From: Fastidiosibacter lacustris
Lineage (GTDB): Bacteria; Pseudomonadota; Gammaproteobacteria; Francisellales; Francisellaceae
Direction of reading: 5' to 3'
Assembly: GCF_003428155.1 (NCBI RefSeq)
Contig: NZ_QLIR01000002.1
Span: forward strand, 60,001 to 92,000
DNA: 32,000 nt
This document shows, one piece after another, positions 28,737 to 32,000 of this stretch. The notes under the pieces were generated by a model, which was not told where the DNA came from, made no database searches, and was given only the letters and a program-made list of their open reading frames with translations. Position numbers and translations under genes: made by a program. How positions within the stretch are numbered: the stretch's first letter is position 1; the number at the start of each line of letters is the position of its first letter.

Positions 28737-30142
28737 CGTTGACCAATTTTATTGAGCTTCACTCCATGTTCTAGGTCTTTTTCGATTTTTTCCAAGCTTA
28801 CCCCCTTTGTCTCAGGAACAAAGAATTTTAAGAAAACCATAGATAGGATACAAAATCCCCCAAATACAAAGAAAATGGAGGCATTGCCATATACTTTCAT
28901 GAAGCTCAGTGCATTGGCCATCACAATACCAGCAAAGGTCCAATTGATCATAGTAGTAACAGTCATGCCGATTTCACGCCCTTTTAATGGAAAAATTTCA
29001 GCACATACAACCCAAGCAACAGGTCCCCATGAGCATGCAAAACCAAAGATATAAACCACAGCTGAAATTAGTAATATTGCCTTAGGCACAGCGCCAGGTG
29101 TAGTGCCGCCATTCGCTATGACTAAAAATGCAAAGCCTGCTGTAAACATAGAAACCATCATTACCACAGCACCGACGTATAAGAGTTTTTTACGACCCCA
29201 TTTTTCAATCCATTTAATAGCAGGGAAGGTAAAGAGCATGTTTACTGTTGGAATGGCAAGTAAAGCAATAATTCCTGTCATGCCAGCATAGCCAAAAATA
29301 GTTGGGGCATAATAAATCATCATGTTAATACCAACGAGTTGCTGAAACATTTGTAATACCACTCCGACAATTAATATTTTCCAAAAATAACCTTTGGATA
29401 GCATAATGATTCCAGAGCCTTGATTTTCTATAATGCTTTCTTTAATTTCAGCTATTTCATCATTTATTTCTTTTTCAGAAGAGCGTACTCGCCTTAGTAC
29501 TTTTAGAGCTTTGTCTTCTTTGCCTTTTAACATCAACCAGCGTGGACTCTCAGGCAAAAAGAAACTGCCAATGAACATAATTAATGCAAATATTACAATG
29601 ACGCTAAACATTAAGCTAAGTGAAATCTCGAAATGTCCTAATGCTTTGACAATCATCACATTAGTAAAAGCGATTAAGAAAATACCAATTGTGATCATCA
29701 ATTGAAATAAAGTTGCCATTCCCCCACGAATAGAAGTTGGCGCTGTTTCTGATAAATAAAGTGGTACTGTAAAAGAGGCAATACCAACGGAAAAGCCTAA
29801 TCCAAAACGACAAGCGATTAAAATTTCAAGTGGTGGTAAAAATGCAGATACAAGTGACAATAACGTAAATAAAAATCCAGATAGTATCAGTACTTTTTTG
29901 CGACCAAGTATCCTTGCAAAAATGCCACTTAATAAAGCACCAAGAATACCACCCCACGCCAGTACAGCAGAGTAATGTTCCCCTTGTGTAGTAGTTAGTT
30001 CATAAATGTGATCAATTGTGGCAAGCGAATTGGCGATAAAACCTTGGTCAAGACCAAATAATAATCCACCTAAAGCTCCAATTAAACAAATCATGTAAAC
30101 AATTTTCTTATATTGTTTGTTAGAAGTTGATTGTATTGGCAT
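28733..30142 (-). CDS. Sugar-porter family MFS transporter
   Basis: [88 protein letters not shown]-type block, and the [12 protein letters not shown] signature. Confidence 0.93.
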   Translation of the reverse strand: MPIQSTSNKQYKKIVYMICLIGALGGLLFGLDQGFIANSLATIDHIYELTTTQGEHYSAVLAWGGILGALLSGIFARILGRKKVLILSGFLFTLLSLVSAFLPPLEILIACRFGLGFSVGIASFTVPLYLSETAPTSIRGGMATLFQLMITIGIFLIAFTNVMIVKALGHFEISLSLMFSVIVIFALIMFIGSFFLPESPRWLMLKGKEDKALKVLRRVRSSEKEINDEIAEIKESIIENQGSGIIMLSKGYFWKILIVGVVLQMFQQLVGINMMIYYAPTIFGYAGMTGIIALLAIPTVNMLFTFPAIKWIEKWGRKKLLYVGAVVMMVSMFTAGFAFLVIANGGTTPGAVPKAILLISAVVYIFGFACSWGPVAWVVCAEIFPLKGREIGMTVTTMINWTFAGIVMANALSFMKVYGNASIFFVFGGFCILSMVFLKFFVPETKGVSLEKIEKDLEHGVKLNKIGQR

Positions 30143-30724
30143 AAAAGTCCCCTGTGTAAATTAAGACAGGCATATTTTGCGTAGTGTTAATGCAGATGTC
30201 AAATAGTTACATTAGAGAATAGTTATTTACATTGTTCACAATAAAGAAATAATTATTGGTAATGATTAATATTAAGTGTAAATATCTGTAGATATTGCAA
30301 AGCTGATATTGATTCAATAAACAAAGTAGACACGCTTTTATGCAATTTAATAGTTGATTAAAATGCTCATTTAAATGATGATCATGAGTAGAACCACGTT
30401 TAAGTGGACTTTATTGATGAGGTTAATACTGTATGGAAGAATTGCATCAGATGGAATATTACTACCAATAATGGCAAAAAAAGTAGAAGCAAAGTTTAAC
30501 ACTAAGCTACTTTTAATGTTTGAGATGGGCATAAAAATATGCCCAAAAGTAAAAAGCAAGCAAGATACAACGTATCAAAAATCTGTATAAATGTATGAAT
30601 ATTTAAATGGTTTAAGCCAATAGTGTAAGTAGCAAAAGTATAGTTCAAAAGAAGAATATTCGCTGAATATAGCGATTATTTCTGATATGATTCAATCAGT
30701 TTGAGTAGAAGGTAGTAAGTAGCG

Positions 30725-32000
30725 ATGAAAATTGCAATATTTGGTACAGGTTATGTTGGGCTTGTAACGGGCACCTGCTTTGCGGCGATGGGTAACCATG
30801 TTTGCTGTGTGGACATTGACAATAAAAAGGTAGAGAATTTAAAAAAAGGAATTTCTCCAATATATGAACCAGGCTTAGATGATCTAATTAAACGCAATGT
30901 AGCTAAAGGCAGATTAAGTTTTACGACGGAGGCAAAATCTGCGATTGATGAAGCAGAAATTATTTTTATTGCAGTAGGGACTCCACCTGATGAGGATGGT
31001 TCTGCTGATTTAAAATATGTGCTTCAGGTTGCAAAAACGGTTGCAAAATATATGAGTGAATATAAAGTCATTGTCAATAAATCGACTGTACCTGTGGGAA
31101 CAGAGTATAAAGTAACAGAGACGATTTCAAATGTGCTTAGATCGCGTGGCGTCACGCTTGACTTTGACGTTGTATCAAATCCTGAGTTTCTCAAAGAGGG
31201 TGATGCAATTAATGATTGTATGCATCCAGATCGGATTGTGGTTGGTGCACATTCTGAGCGCGCCGCGGATATGATGCGCGAACTTTATGCACCATTTGAC
31301 CCAAACCAAAACCGTTTAATGATCATGGATGTGCGTTCTGCCGAGATGACGAAGTACGTTGCAAATGCGATGCTTGCCACCAAAATCAGCTTTATGAATG
31401 AGATGAGTCAAATTGCTGAGCGAGTAGGTGCGGATATTGAAAAAGTACGAATTGGTATTGGTGCGGATCGGCGTATTGGTTATCATTTCATTTATGCAGG
31501 ATGTGGTTACGGTGGTTCTTGTTTTCCCAAAGATGTGCGAGCGTTGAGTCAGACTTCGCATGAATATGGTTATAAAGCAAGGCTTTTAAATGCTGTACAT
31601 GATGTTAATGATGAACAAAAAGAAGTATTGTTTAATAAGTTTTACAATTATTTTAATGGTGAAGTTGAAGGCAAAATAGTAGCCGTATGGGGACTTGCAT
31701 TTAAACCAAATACCGATGACATCCGTGAAGCACCTTCTCGAGTGTTGATTGAAAAACTATGGCAACACGGTGTGAAAGTAAAAGCGTATGACCCAGAGGC
31801 GATGAATAATTTTATCAACACATATGAGAACCGTGATAATTACGAGTTAGCACAAGATGCTTATGATGCGTTATATGGTGCCGATGCACTTTTTGTAGTG
31901 ACAGAATGGCAAAGCTTTAGAAGTCCAGATTTTGCTAAAATCGCGAGTAGATTAGCGCAACCTGTGATTTTTGACGGTCGTAACCTATATGATAAATCTC
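30725..32000 (+). CDS. ugd: UDP-glucose 6-dehydrogenase, 3'-truncated by the window edge (absent from the ORF track)
   Basis: Open frame from the ATG at 30725: MKIAIFGTGYVGLVTGTCFAAMGNHVCCVDID...SNPEFLKEGDAI...YAGCGYGGSCFPKDVRAL...GLAFKPNTDDIREAP. Confidence 0.95.
   Translation, partial: MKIAIFGTGYVGLVTGTCFAAMGNHVCCVDIDNKKVENLKKGISPIYEPGLDDLIKRNVAKGRLSFTTEAKSAIDEAEIIFIAVGTPPDEDGSADLKYVLQVAKTVAKYMSEYKVIVNKSTVPVGTEYKVTETISNVLRSRGVTLDFDVVSNPEFLKEGDAINDCMHPDRIVVGAHSERAADMMRELYAPFDPNQNRLMIMDVRSAEMTKYVANAMLATKISFMNEMSQIAERVGADIEKVRIGIGADRRIGYHFIYAGCGYGGSCFPKDVRALSQTSHEYGYKARLLNAVHDVNDEQKEVLFNKFYNYFNGEVEGKIVAVWGLAFKPNTDDIREAPSRVLIEKLWQHGVKVKAYDPEAMNNFINTYENRDNYELAQDAYDALYGADALFVVTEWQSFRSPDFAKIASRLAQPVIFDGRNLYDKS

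Noticed and set aside
28752-29705. Plus-strand ORFs opposite the MFS transporter
   Set aside because: Shadow frames of the conserved transporter; compositions are unconvincing.
30371-30590. Overlapping small ORFs on both strands upstream of ugd
   Set aside because: They overlap each other in an AT-rich intergenic region and show no recognised family or clear RBS, so either could be chance.
31316-31561. Minus-strand 81-aa ORF
   Set aside because: Lies antisense inside ugd, which the track omitted only because its stop is beyond the window.
1-32000. CRISPR arrays, tRNA/rRNA genes, retrons or prophage genes
   Set aside because: No regularly spaced repeats, tRNA/rRNA signatures, reverse transcriptase motifs or phage structural genes were recognised; a tool-based scan would still be worthwhile.

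Overview
AT-rich gammaproteobacterial chromosomal window. Most of it is housekeeping: rimO, a DUF378-like protein, envelope proteins, a dihydrolipoamide dehydrogenase-like protein, ftsH, an M17 aminopeptidase, map, a fdxA-like ferredoxin, gmhB, an acyltransferase, galU, gmk, a DASS permease, gltX, a sugar MFS transporter, and a 3'-truncated ugd. The standout is a block at about 9224-18194 (8971 bp) between the 3' ends of ftsH and the M17 aminopeptidase gene. It holds a complete minus-strand type I restriction-modification operon in the order hsdM, 202-aa unknown, hsdS, short RhuM, hsdR. An ISL3-family-like DDE transposase follows, and its GTG start overlaps the hsdR 3' end out of frame. I found 26-bp inverted repeats (24/26 identical) at the outer edges of the whole block, not around the transposase alone. 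Each end also has a second subterminal copy of the core motif, 39 and 43 bp further in. The simplest reading is that the hsd operon is cargo of a single ISL3-type transposon, and possibly co-transcribed with its transposase. Other observations: a nitrilase-fold protein with a degenerate catalytic triad, a possible VirB9/TrbG-like segment fused to an outer-membrane beta-barrel, a perfect 28-bp palindrome followed by a 22-codon leader ORF coupled to map, and a terminator-like hairpin inside the hsd operon. All family assignments come from reading motifs by eye; no database search was run.
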